Assembly: GCF_018350175.1 (NCBI RefSeq)
Contig: NC_058368.1
Coordinates: 125,118,001-125,182,000, forward strand
Length of the DNA stretch: 64,000 nt
Direction of reading: 5' to 3'
From: Felis catus
Taxonomy: Eukaryota
Position numbers and translations under genes: made by a program
Notes under the pieces: model-generated
Told to the model about the DNA's origin: nothing
Seen by the model: only the letters and a program-made list of their open reading frames with translations
The model's database searches: none
Shown here: positions 39,816 through 52,459 of the stretch, piece by piece
How the letters are laid out: each line of letters opens with the position of its first letter
How positions within the stretch are numbered: the first letter of the stretch is position 1

Positions 39816-40434
39816 AACATTGTAACTGATCTTACCATAATTAATTCAAATGAACATTAAGGAACTGTCAGATCCTCTTGGAGTTAGGAAAAATACATGT
39901 ATTTTCTTCTTTTCATGGCTGTGGTTAAAAACTAAACTGTGATATCAGAGTGTTTTTTCTCCAGTATTGTGAAAAAACACCAACCTACAGAAAATTAAAG
40001 TGAACATTAAAATGAACCACCATGTGCCCAGCATCCAGATTCAACAATCATCAAGAAGTTGTCACAATTGTCAAAATGGCTTAAAAAGCCAATGCAAGCA
40101 CACAGTGATGGGTTGATGGTGGGCCCTTCTCTGTGGGCCTCTCAGAGTATACCTGTGCCAGAGAAGCATGCAGCCCTGAACCACTGCCCAGCCTCCTCAC
40201 TAGTGGGCTGTGGGCACTGAAGGGGGCTGTACATTGTAAAAAAATAAAAATTAAAAAAAAAATTTTTCAAAGCTAATACATACATTTAGCTGTATATTTA
40301 ACAGTGCAAACTGGTTCCCTGAGCAGCTACCTCTCAGATCCAAGGGCACTACAGCTCAGGCATCTACTACTACACAGTGACAGAGCTATACTCTCCCCAG
40401 GGCACACCTCAGGGTGAATATTTCTACTTTAAAA

Positions 40435-40869
40435 TTTTTTTTTAACTTTTTAAATGTTTATTTATTTTTGAGAGAGAGAGAGAAAAAGAGAGAGAAAGAG
40501 CAAGTAGGGGAGGGGCAGAGAGAGAGAGAGAGACGGGGACAGAATCCAAAGCAGGCTCCATGCTCTGAGCTGTGGTGGGGCTCGAATTCATGCACCAAGA
40601 GATCATGATCTTAGCTGAAGTTGGTCACCCAACCAATGAGCCACCCAGGCACCCCTAAAAAAACTTTAATGTTTATTTATTTTTGAGAGAGACACAGACA
40701 GAGTGTGAGCAGGGGAGGGGCAGAGAAACAGGGAGACACAGAATCTGAGGCAGGCTACAGGCTCTGAGCTGTCAGCACAGAGTCCGACGCGGGACTCGAA
40801 CTTCCCAACAGTGAGATCATGACCTGAGCTGAAGTCAGACATTCAACCAACTGAGCCACCCAGGCATCC
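40435..40869 (-). mobile_element. Two tandem minus-strand CanSINEs
   Basis: Two reverse SINE bodies; atat(t/a)tctactt repeated on the outer flanks. Confidence 0.87.
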
Positions 40870-41109
40870 TGGATATATCTACTTCTAATTTTAACTTTTT
40901 ATTTTTATGCTTCATTAGTTATGTGGGGTTTTAAAAATTATTACATAAATAGTACACACACATTGTAATCCATCAAATGCTACATGGGAGTTTTTATTCT
41001 TTTCCTGTTTGAAAGTTCTCATGATCTTCTTACCTCTGAGGTAACTGGTTGATTTGGATCATTCAAAGTTTTGTTTTTTTTTCTTCTCCACACAATTATG
41101 TGTAAACAT

Positions 41110-41492
41110 ATGGTGCTAGGTAGTAAGCCTTTGTCTCTTAGCTCCAGCCTCTTCCCTGTCTTATTGTGATGGTGGGATTGTAACTAGGCTTTCTGGTTTT
41201 CTGTTAGGATCCTTGTTTGTTTCCAGTTTGCTAACGGAACCCCATCATCCTGGAATGCTTCTTCACTCCTGCCGCTGCCACAGTAGCCCCTGGCAGTGAC
41301 TGAATAAGGCTTGCAGTTTTTTTCAACAATTGGAGAACCAGATTCATCCCACCCTCTCACTTAGAGATCTGCAAGTTCCCTTTTAGTTGTCTAGTTAGCA
41401 GACTGATACCTAGTTTATTGTTATTTTATATTTAGCTTTCTCCCTTTCATAAAACTGATATGATCTCTCTCCTCCTACTAGACAATGACACA
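41110..41492 (+). mobile_element. ERVL LTR relic (LTR33-like)
   Basis: ttgtctcttagctccagcc...tgtgatggtggg...; ends tgatctctctcctcctactagacaatgacaca. Confidence 0.45.
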
Positions 41493-41929
41493 GAAACATT
41501 CATATGTTGGAATTTTGTTCTTCTCCTTATTTACATATATATTTTTAACAATGGGATAATGCCCATTACTTTGCAAGTTGCATTTTTTTCACTTAATATT
41601 TCATGGACAATATTTCCAGGTCCGTATATATAAGTCTAACTGATTTTCTCAATAACTGCATAATATTCCAGTATATGGGCAGACTGTAATTTATTTGACC
41701 ATTCTGTCGATGGATGTACAAGTCAAGTCCTAATTTTTGCTATTACAAAAAAAAATGCTTCAATAAACATTCTTGTTCATGTATCCTTCTACAATAATGC
41801 ATTTGTTTCTGTTAAAAAAATTACTGACAGTGGGATTGCTATGTAAAAGAATGAGGTATTTATATTTGTGTGACACCATGTATTCTGAACTGAAGTAGTC
41901 ACACTCCTCAGTTTATGACACCATATCAT

Positions 41930-42100
41930 GAATTCCCCTCTGGAGCCTCCAGAAAGAACATAGCCCCTGCCAACACCTTGATTTATTCCATGAGACTCAT
42001 TGTAGATTTGGGACCTGTGGAATTATTAGATAATAGATCTGGTTGTTCTGAGCTACTAAGTTTGTGGTAATTTATTATGGCAGCAATAGGAAACTAATCT
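41930..42100 (+). mobile_element. MLT1 LTR 3' fragment within an old antisense L1 relic (about 41560-43620)
   Basis: gagcctccagaaagaacatagcccctgccaacaccttgatt...gctactaagtttgtggtaatttattatggcagcaataggaaactaat. Confidence 0.7.
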
Positions 42101-42819
42101 GTTCTTATTAAGTTTAGGTATTAATGTTATATGTTATTTCATAAAGTAAGTTCAATAGTTTCCTACTCACCTAATCTCACTACTTAATTTTCTTTTTCTG
42201 AGTCAACTTGATAAGATAGATATTACTAAATTGTTTTCCAAAATGTGAAATTCATGTTCATCCAACAATGGGTGAAACATTTTCTACTAATTCCCATAAG
42301 GAATGGACACTACTGATTCATTTAATGTTTTGCCAATCACAGGAGCAAAAAGTGATATGTTGTTGCTTTAATTTGCATTTCACTATCAATGAATCAGAAC
42401 ACTTGTTGGTTATGGGGGTTTATGATGTTCTATAGATGTTTCCAAATTATTATCTTTTCATTTATTTATACTATCTTCTTGCTATAAAAAGTTTTTTAAT
42501 TTGGTATGTTTACCTTTTCTGTTGCTGTTTTTGGGTTTCCAGGCTTGATTAAAGTTCCTCATGCACTTTGATGGCTCATGTAAAGTCTGACATTTTCTTA
42601 CAAAATTTAATTGTTTACAATTATGTCTTTAATCCAACCAGAATTAATTTTCCGAAATATTATAAAATACAGGATTCATTTGAGTTTCTCCCCAATTGCA
42701 CCAACACTATTAAAGAATTCAGCCTTTCCTCAGTGATTTGAATTATCACCTTTGTTATGTATCAAATTTTAACTTACACTGTACTTATTTCTTTTTTTAA
42801 TGTTTATTTCTTTATTTTT

Positions 42820-43068
42820 AAAAACATTTTTTAAATGTTTATTTATTTTTGAGACAGAGAGAGAGAGACAGAGCACAAGCGGGGAGGGGCAGAGAGAGAG
42901 AGAGAGAGGGAGAGAGACAGACAGACAGAATCCAAAGCAGGCTCCAGGCTCTGAGCTGTCAGCACAGAGCCCAACGCAGGGCTTGAACTCACCAGCCATG
43001 AGATCATGACCTGAGCTGAAGTCGGATGCTTAACCCACTGAGCCACCCAGGTACCCCTATTTCTTTAT

Positions 43069-43124
<56 letters not shown>

Positions 43125-44070
43125 GCAGAGAGAAAGGAGCAGAGAGAAAGGAGCAGAGAGAAAGGGAGAGAGAGAATACCAAGCAGGCTCTGTGCTGTCT
43201 GCTCAGAGCCCAACAGCAGGTTCAATCCCACAAACCATGAAATCATGACCTAAGCCAAAATCAAGAGTTAAACATTTAACCAACTGAGCCATCCAGATGC
43301 CCTTGGATTTAATTTTATATTAGCTTTATCATGTATTCCAATATTAAGTAGGCAAGTTTTTCCACACTGTTGTTCCTTTTCTCTTTTAATGCTTTTCTTG
43401 TCTATTACCTTATATTTATTCTTCCATACAAATTTTAGGATACAAATAAAAGAAAAAATTTGTATGGAATTAAATTTACAAAATAATTTTAGGAAATTTT
43501 AGGAAATGTGGCATTTGATGATACATTATCTATTGAGAAAATCTTTTCATTTGTTCCATTATGTCATATTTTAAAAAATTGCCTTGTTGGATTTGATTCA
43601 AGAGCATGTTATTTAAAGTTTTTGAACCTGTATAAATGAAATTACTCTATTGTTCTGCTTTTTTGTCTTTGTATGACTATGCTGGATTTATCAAACTATT
43701 GTGAAGAGTTTCATATTTTTATATATTCTGGAATAGTTTGGTAAACATAGGAATTATCTGTAATTTGAATGTTAGAGGGAATTTAGCTGTAACTTGACCA
43801 GACTTGTTGCTTTTTTCATTATTTGAAACCAATTTTATTATAGGGGCGCCTGGGTGGTTAAGCGTCCAACATTGGTTCAGCTCAGGTCATGATCTTAAAT
43901 CATGTGAGTTTGAGCCCTGTGTCAGCAGGCTCTGTGCTGACAGCTTAGAGCCTGGAGCCTGCTTCAGATTCTGTGTCTCCCTCTCTCTGCCCCTTCCCTG
44001 CTCATGCTGTCTCTCTCAAAAACAAACATTTAAAAAAAAAAACTTTAAAAAACTTGAAAAAAAGAAAATG
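42820..44070. mobile_element. Three CanSINEs (-42820-43057, -43060-43282, +43843-44070)
   Basis: SINE bodies; the second has an (aaggagcagagaga)x3 internal repeat. Confidence 0.85.
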
Positions 44071-44844
44071 ATTTTATTATAAAAAATTTCAAGTAGAGAA
44101 AATAGTATAATGAATCTATGTACCTACCACCTAGCTTTGACAATTATCACAAGACTCTTCCATTCTTGTTTCATCTATCTTTCCACTTTTATTTTGCTGG
44201 AATATTTTAAAGCAAATCTCAGATTTCATATAATTTCATCTGTAAGTAGTTCACCATGTATTTCTAACAGATAAGGTGTTTTCAACACAGCCACCTCATC
44301 ACACCTAAAAAAAATTTCCTGATTGTTTAAAAAATATCCTTTTACTATTGGTTTGAATCAGAATCTAAACAACATCTAGTGCATTGCATTTTTGTTGTTC
44401 TGCCTCTTGATTCTAATTTATGAAAGTTCTTTCTTATCTCCTCCCACCCTGCCCTCCCCATGCCATTTATTTGTTGGAAAATCAGGTTGCTTGTCCTACA
44501 GTATATTCTAGCTCTGGATTTGGTTGATTATTTCCTTGTAGTGTTACTTCATTCATTTCTCTCTTCTTTGTTTATTTGTTTGTTTATTTTTGGGAGACTG
44601 AAAATTAGATAAAGTCTTGAATGTATTTAAGTTAAATAACTTTTTTGTTAAGGATTCTTCATAGAGCATATGGTATACTTCATATTGCACCACGTCATGA
44701 TTGCCCTTAAGGTCTGATTGTCCCACTTATAGTGATACTGAGATTGATGATTGAATTCAGGTTAGTATCAACCTAATCCATTCATTATACAGTTCACCAT
44801 CAGCCTTTCACTTAATAGTTTTAGCAGCCATTAATAAATATTCC

Positions 44845-45731
44845 TAATTCAGTGAAGAAATGGGCAAAAGACATGAATAGACACTTCTCCAAAGAAGACA
44901 TCCAGATGGCTAACAGACACATGAAAAGATGCTCAACATCACTGATTATTGGGGAAATACAAATCAAAACCATGACGAGATACAACCTCACACCTGTCAG
45001 AATGGCTAACATTATCAACTCAGGTAACAACAGATGTTGGTGAGCATCCGGAGAAAAAGGCTCTCTTTTGCACTGATGGTAGGAATGCAAACTGGTGCAC
45101 CCACTCTGGAAAACAGTATGGAAGTTCCTCAAAACATTAAAAATAGGACCACTCTACAACCCAGCAATTGCACTACTAGGTATTTATCCAAAGGACACAA
45201 GAGTGATGATTCGAAGGAGCACATGAACCCCAATGTTTATAGTAGCACCACTGACAATAGCTGAAGTATGGAAAAAGCCCAAATGTCCATTGACTGACAA
45301 ATGGATAAAGAAGTGCTGAATATTACTCAGCAATCAAAAGGAAAGAAATCTTGCCACTTGCAACAATGTGGATGGAACTAGGGTATATCATGCTCAGTGA
45401 AATAAGTCAGTCACAGAAAGATAAATATCATATGATTTCACTCATATGTGGAATTTAAGAAACAAAACAGAAGAACATAGCGGGGAGGGAAACAAAAATA
45501 AGATAAAAGCAGAGAGGGAGACAAAGCATAAGAGACTCTTAAAGAGAACAGAGGGTTGCTAGCAGGATGTTGGGTTGGGAGATGGGCTAAATGGGTGATG
45601 GGCATTAAGGAGGGCACTTGTTAGGATGAGCACTGGGTGTTATATATAAGTGATGAATCACTAAATTCTATCCCTGAAATCATTATTACATTATATGTTA
45701 ACTCACTTGTATATAAATGTTAAAAAAAAAA
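44845..45731 (+). mobile_element. 5'-truncated carnivore L1 (ORF2 C-terminus plus 3'UTR) inside an older L1MC-like antisense relic
   Basis: ORF 44852-45043 [30 protein letters not shown]...[11 protein letters not shown]; 3'UTR and A tail. Confidence 0.9.
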
Positions 45732-47374
45732 TCTTTAGAGCAACTGTTTTCATTAGGATTTGCAAAAATGGTGGGGTTTTTTTCTACTATTGTTTCTGCC
45801 TTTGTTAGCTGAAATTCCTCAACAAAAAAGAATCTTTCCTTATCAACTATTTAGTTACACTGAAATGAAGCTCATATAGGAAAGGCAGGCTGGTCCTGCC
45901 CTCCCTAATATTTTCAATCATATTGGTATTTCAGGTTTTAAAAAACTTTCAGTCATTTATATATTGCTAGAAAAAAATTCTAAATTTTCACTTTATTACC
46001 GTGGAATGTGCAAACCATTCTGGTATAATTCTTTTGACTTTTCTCATAGCTCCTTTTTCAAACCTAAAATGGTATGTGTATATACATACATGTATGTGTG
46101 TGCATCCGTGTCTGTGTATTACCTACGGGGTTTGTACATTATTTATCTTTGCAAAAACCAGCATTAGATTTTATTTACCCTTCTGATTTTCCCTTCTATG
46201 AGTCACTTCTTAAGTGATTCCAAGTACTCACACCTGTTTCACATTTAGAGTAAGGCTAGGATGAGAGGTAGTTTCTTAAGTAATTTATAATTCCGAATTA
46301 CCTTACTGTTCTATTTCTCCAGTTAACACAAATTTAATCTCTGGTGTTTCATTTTACTACACAGAGGCAAGTTAGAACTCTTCAGGAAAAAATTCCCATT
46401 TTTTACTTCTCTAGTCAACCTACAAATTTATTTGCATTCTTGCTTCCTTTTTTTTTTTTACCATGTCCCCTCTCACCACAGTGAAAGAAGGTAATTATTC
46501 AACTAAGTACTGCATCTATCTCTCCCCCATTCCTAGAAACCTTAACTGATCAATGAATGTTTCTCAAGTGTCTTTAAATTCTATCAAATTATTTTCTTCC
46601 CTACTCTGTAAACAGGCTCAAGTGTCTCCCATCTAGGTTAAACAGACAAATATTCCCTTTTAGTTATCTCCATGTCTTTTCTTTCCATTACAGTCAGCTC
46701 ACTGAAACATAATCTATGGTTTCTACCCACACTCTATCCTCTGCCCTCATTACTTCTCCAAATCTCGTGCCAAAGTCAGCAGTGGCTTCTTCCTTGCTAA
46801 AAACCAGTGGACTCACCACAGCATCTGATGCTCTTGACCTCCTTGAAGTACTTTACTTTCTTGACTCATATCGTCCCCCCTCCACTTTCTCCTGATTCTT
46901 TTACTCCTTTGACTATTCTTATTCTTCTCTGCAGTTTCCTTTTTCTTTCTGAAACAGAGAAGACCGTCAGTGTCAAACTTCCCACTGTTGTCATTCTCTT
47001 TTCCCTCTTACCCTGGAAGAAAATAGCATCAATTAATGTTCACAGGGCAATAGCTTCTGGAGCTGAACTCTGGTCCAAAAGACTTTATTCCCATAAAATC
47101 TTCTGTGTCCACACTGGACTTGCCTAAATATCGTATTGGCACAACAAAGGCAAAGTGTCAAAATCTAAACTCATACTTTTTCTTCAGAACTTGTTTTTCC
47201 TCCACTACTTCCCTTTTGATGCATAGTACTGCTACCTATCCAATTATTTAAGCCAGAAATTTGGCTTAAAATGATAGCATGAGACAGTGTGACTGCAAAA
47301 CAGAAAAGCCATTGAATAAAAGATGATTTATCATATGTTTAAGGATAATCTCATAAAAGGCAATTACATATATA

Positions 47375-47577
47375 TTTTTTTTAAGTTTATTTATCTTGAG
47401 AAAGAGAGGGCACATGTGAGGGGTAGGGACAGAGATAGAGGGAGAGAGAGAGAATCTCAATCAGGCTCTGTGCTGTCAGCGTGGAGTCTGACTTGGGGCT
47501 CAATCCCACAAACCACAAGATCATGACCTGAGCTGAAATCAAGGCTTGGATGCTCAACCTACTAAGCCACCCAGGCA
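47375..47577 (-). mobile_element. CanSINE
   Basis: Reverse SINE body. Confidence 0.85.
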
Positions 47578-47581
47578 TGTA

Positions 47582-49228
47582 TTTTTTTTTTTAATTTAAC
47601 TTTATTTTTTATTTTTTAAAATTTACATCCAAATTAGTTAGTATATAGTGAAGCAATGATTTCAGTAGATTCCTTACTGCCCCTTACCCATTTAGCCCAT
47701 CCCCCCTTCCACAACCCCTCCAGCAACCCTCACTCAGTTTGTTCTCCATATTTATGAGTCTCTTTTGTTTTGTCCCCCTCCCTGTTTTTATATTATTTTT
47801 GTTTCCCTTCCTTTCATCTGTTTTGTCTCTTAAAGTCCTCATATGAGTGAAGTCATGTGATTTTTGTCTTTCTCTGACTAATTTCACTTAGCATACTACC
47901 CTCCAATTCTATCCACATAGTTGCAAATGGCAAGATTTCATTCTTTTTGATTGCCGAGTAATACTCCAGTGTATATATATACCACATTTTCTTTATCCAT
48001 TCATCCATCGATGGACATTTGGGCTCTTTCCATACTTTGGCTATTGTTGATAGTGCTGCTACGAACATGGGGGTGCACGTGTCCCTTCAAAACAGCACAC
48101 CTGTATCCCGTGGATAAATGCCTAGTAGTGCAATTGCTGGGTCATAGGGTAGTTCTATTTTTAGTTTTTGAGAAACCTCCATACTGCTTTCCAGAGTGGC
48201 TGCACCAGCTTGCATTGCCACCAACAATGCAAAAGAGATCCTTTTTCCGCATCCTTGCCAACAACTGTTGTTGCCTGAATTGTTACTGTTAGCCATTCTG
48301 ACAGGTGTAAGGTGGTATCTCATTGTGGTTTTGATTTGTATTTCCCTGAGGATGAGTGATGTGGAGCTTTTTTTCATGTGTTGGTTGGCCATCTGGATGT
48401 CTTCTTTGGAGAAGTGTCTATTCATGGATTTTGCCCATTTCTTCAGTGGATTATTTGTTTTTTGGGTGTTGAGTTTGATAAGTTCTTTATAGATTTTGGA
48501 TACTAACCCTTTATCTGATATGTCATTTGCAATTATCTTTTCCCATTCTGTCAGTTGGCTTTTAGTTTTGCTGATTGTTTTCTTCACTGTGCCAAAGCTT
48601 TTTATGTTGATAAGGTCCCAGTAGTTCATTTTTCCTTTTGTTTCCCTTGCCTCCAGAGACATGTTGAGTAAGAAGTTGCTGTGGCCAAGATCAAAGAGGT
48701 TTTTGCCTGCTTTCTCCTCGAGGATTGTGATGGCTTCCTGTCTTACATTGAGGTCTTTCATCCACTTTGAGTTTATTCTTGTGTATGGTGTAAGAAAGTG
48801 GTCCAGGGGCGCCTGGGTGGTGCAGTCGGTTGAGCGTCCGACTTCAGCCAGGTCACGATCTCACGGTCCGTGAGTTCGAGCCCCGCGTCAGGCTCTGGGC
48901 TGATGGCTCAGAGCCTGGAGCCTGTTTCCGATTCTGTGTCTCCCTCTCTCTCTGCCCCTCCCCCGTTCATGCTCTGTCTCTCTCTGTCCCAAAAATAAAA
49001 AAACGTTGAAAAAAAAATTAAAAAAAAAAAAAAAAGAAAAGAAAGTGGTCCAGGTTGATTTTTCTGCATGTCAGTGTCCAGTTCTCCCAGCACCACTTGC
49101 TGAAGAGACTGTCTTTATTCCATTGGATATTCTTTCCTGCTTTGTCCAGGATTAGTTGCCCATACGTTTGTGGGTCCATTTCTGGGTTCTCTATTCTATT
49201 CCATCGATCTGAGTATTTGTTCTTGTTC
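47582..49228 (-). mobile_element. 5'-truncated young felid L1 (ORF2 C-terminal part plus 3'UTR), interrupted by a SINEC_Fc
   Basis: ORFs 48087-48761 and 47853-48068 give L1 ORF2; T-run tail at 47582. Confidence 0.95.
48806..49038 (+). mobile_element. Young SINEC_Fc-type SINE inserted in the L1
   Basis: Perfect TSD aagaaagtggtccagg at 48792-48807 and 49039-49054. Confidence 0.95.
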
Positions 49229-49239
49229 CATATCTATTT

Positions 49240-50415
49240 TTTTAGGTCAGTTCTACATGGAGCTTGGACTTACGACCTTGAGACAAGAGTCACATGCTCT
49301 AACGACTGAGCAAGCCATGTGCCCCATAAAAGGCAATTATAAGAAATTTAAACAGGGGCACCTGGCTGGCTCAGTTGGTAGAGCAAGCAGCTCTTGATAG
49401 GGGGTCATGAATTCAAGCCCCATGTTGAGTGTACAGATTACTTACAAAGAAAAGAAAAAACAACCAGACCTCAAAGGAAACTCAGTCTCCCAAGCTCATC
49501 TGAATAGCTTTTCTTGACTTTTATCTATTTCCTCCTTCCATGACTAGATTTTTCTGCTAATCTATGGCTTACTAATGCCCCCGCAACTCTAACCCAGTGT
49601 GACCTTCCAGGCTAAGTCCACAGCAACATTTGTCTGAATGCCCTGAATATCATGGTTCATAGCCAGAGAGAATCAGACTGCCTCAACTTAGCTGAGTCAA
49701 GGGATGCAAACATGTCTGTTCATGTCCTCTACCTTAGCTAGATCTGTAGATGGAAACAGACTCTCTTTGAAGGAGCTGTGGGAAAGCTAGACTATATGTC
49801 GAGTGTCAGTTCTTGAATTTTCACTCTTCACAAATCTTCACATCTAAGAAAGAGTGATCACTAGGTTGCCTGGCTGGTTCAGTAGTAGAGCATGCAACTC
49901 CTGATTTTAAGGTCTTGAATTCAAGCTGTATGTTGGGTGTAGAGCTTACTTAAAACCAATTAATTAATAAATTAATTAATTTAAAAAAAGTGAAAAAATA
50001 AAAAAAGAGTGATCAAGTTCTATCAGTTCTACCTGTCTAATATTTCACAAATCTAACCACTTCTCTTCATTTCCTTCTTTCATTTAAGTCACGCTTTTCT
50101 AGATCTTTCCAATGTGTCCCTACACTCACTCTCTTTCTTCTCATCAGTCCTCTATGCTGCAGCCAGAGTGACCTTTTTAAAGTACCAATTTGAGGGGTGC
50201 CTGGGTGGCTCAGTCAGTCAGGCATCTGACTTTGGCTCAGATCATAATCTCACAGTTTGTGGGTTCAATCCCTGTGTTGGGCTCTATGCTGATAGCTCGG
50301 AGCCTGGAACCTGCTTTGGATTCTGTGTCTTCCTCTCTCTCTGTGCCTTCCCTGCTCATGCTCTGTTTCTATTTCTCAAAAATGAATAAATGTTTAAAAA
50401 ATTAAAAAAAATAAA
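49240..50415. mobile_element. CanSINEs (-49240-49325, +49354-49460, +49863-49990, +50194-50415)
   Basis: SINE heads; the last has TSD aaagtaccaattt. Confidence 0.75.
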
Positions 50416-50567
50416 GTACCAATTTTATAATGTCACTTTTTTACTTAAATCTTTTCATAGGATATGTCAAGACTGACATCTGACTTGTAGATATCTATAT
50501 ATCAGTTCAAACTTAATATGACCGTCTTGGTTTCCCAGGGCTTCTGTACAAAATTACCACTAATTTG

Positions 50568-52459
50568 AAGGGCCTTTGGGAAGATGGCAGGGGCAGGCAT
50601 GGCTGCCCTGGGCTCTTGGGTACCTCATCAGAGGTGGGGCAGAGAGGCTGTCTTCTTAGGCTTCCACCATGGCCTCAGCACGTTACTTGCAAGGAAGTCG
50701 GAGTGGACGCCACGGTGGGTCCCAGCTTGCAGACCAAAGTCATCAGTCTCTTTTCTTAGTCGACCAGACCTTTCAAACCTGGCTTATAAGAAGCTAAAAG
50801 GCAAAAGTCCGGGAATTATCTTCATCCCTGGCTATATTTCTAACATGAATGGTACAAAACCTTTGGCGATTGGAGAGTTTTGCAAATCTCTAGGTCATGC
50901 CTATATAAGGTTTGATTACTCAGGAGTTGGAAATTTGGATGGTAACTTACAAGAATGCACAGTGGGAAAATGGAGAAAAGATGTTCTTTCTATAATTGAT
51001 GACTTAGCTGAAGGACCACAGATACTTGTTGGATCTAGCCTTGGTCGATGGCTTATGCTTCATGCTGCAATCGCAAGGCCACAAAAGGTCATTGCTCTTG
51101 TTGGTATAGCTACAGCTGTAGATGACCTAGTGACACAGTTTAATCAGCTCCCTGTTGAGGTGAAAAAGGAAATAGAGATGAAAGGTGTGTGGACCATGCC
51201 ATCAAAATACAGTGAAAAAGGAGTTTTTGACATTCAGTACAGTTTCATTAAAGAAGCTGAACACCACTGCTTGTTACATAGCCCTATTCCTGTGAACTGC
51301 CCTATACGATTGCTCCACGGCATGAAAGATGACATCATACCTTGGCATACATCCATACAGGTTGCCGACCGAGTAGTCAGCAAAGATGTAGATGTCATCC
51401 TCCGAAAACACAGTGATCACAGAATGAAGGAATAATCGGACATTCAACTTCTTGTTTACACTATTGATGACTTAATTGATAAACTTTCAACTGTAGTTAA
51501 CTGGAATCACATTTTTAGTTGGTGTATCAACTAATGGATCCAGAAAATTGGAAGAAGGACAACAAATGAAAGACCCTGATACTTGGGTTTTTTCCTCTTA
51601 TCTCTCTATTTTGTAAACATAACAGGAGTATTTATTTAATGATGTATAATATAAGTGATACAAATTGTGACGAAAGTATAAGCTGCCGTCTGGAAAATTT
51701 TCTTCCTTCTATCCTTGATTTATTTTAATTGAAGTAGAGTTGACACAGTGTTATAATAGTTTCAGGGATACAACATAGTGGTTGGACAGCTCTATATGTT
51801 ATGCTATGCTCACCACAGATGTAGCTGCCACCTGTCACCATGCAGCACCATTAGAGTGCCACAGACTATTCCCTCTGCTGTACCTTTTGTCCCGTGACCT
51901 ACTCATTCTGTACCTGGAAACCTGTGTCTCCCAGTCCCTTTCACCTATTTTTTCCCATCCCCCCACCCTCTCCCCTGTGACAGCCACCAGTTTGTTCTCT
52001 GCATTTATGGGTCTGTTTCTGCTTTGTTTGTTGTTTGTTTTGCTTTTTAGGTTCCACATATAAGTGCAATAATACCGTATTGTCTTACTTACTTACTTAC
52101 TTACTTGTCTAACTTACTTCACTTGACCTAGTACCCTCTAGGTCTATCCACGTTGCGTGTTGATTTTTTTTTTTTATTAAAAGATTTCCTACTTTTTCAT
52201 TCAAGATAATTTATTTGCTAAATGCTTATGTTAACCAGAGAAGCTCTTAATTGTGTTCTCTTCTACTTAGAATTGTTAATAAAGCTTGAATTTTTTGTCC
52301 TTTGTTTGTCATCGGTCATATATGGAAATTTGTAAAATTGCTTCTGATTTTAAAATGCTATCCACAAAATACAGGACAATGTTTATTGAAGTAAATCTTA
52401 AATGATTGGAAAAAATGTCTGAGGCATAAAGTTCAAAACATCAGAATATGACTATTAAA
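50568..52459 (+). pseudogene. ABHD10: Processed retrocopy of ABHD10 (mitochondrial alpha/beta-hydrolase, palmitoyl-protein thioesterase); ORF 50584-51435, 283 aa, premature stop
   Basis: Intronless; LAYKKLKGKSPGIIFIPGY, RFDYSGVG, QILVGSSLG, HCLLHSPIPVNCPIRLLHGMKDD and DVDVILRKHSDHRM match ABHD10; homology continues past TAA (SDIQLLVYTIDDLIDKLSTVVN to 51501); 5' and 3'UTR present; TSD aaaattaccac(t/a)aatttg at 50550-50567 and 52460-52477. Confidence 0.96.
51720..52158 (-). mobile_element. L1 3' end fragment (L1MA9/L1_Carn-like) inside the ABHD10 retrocopy 3'UTR
   Basis: ttttaattgaagtagagttgacac...tttttaggttccacatataagtgcaataatac...ccctctaggtctatccacgttg. Confidence 0.8.
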
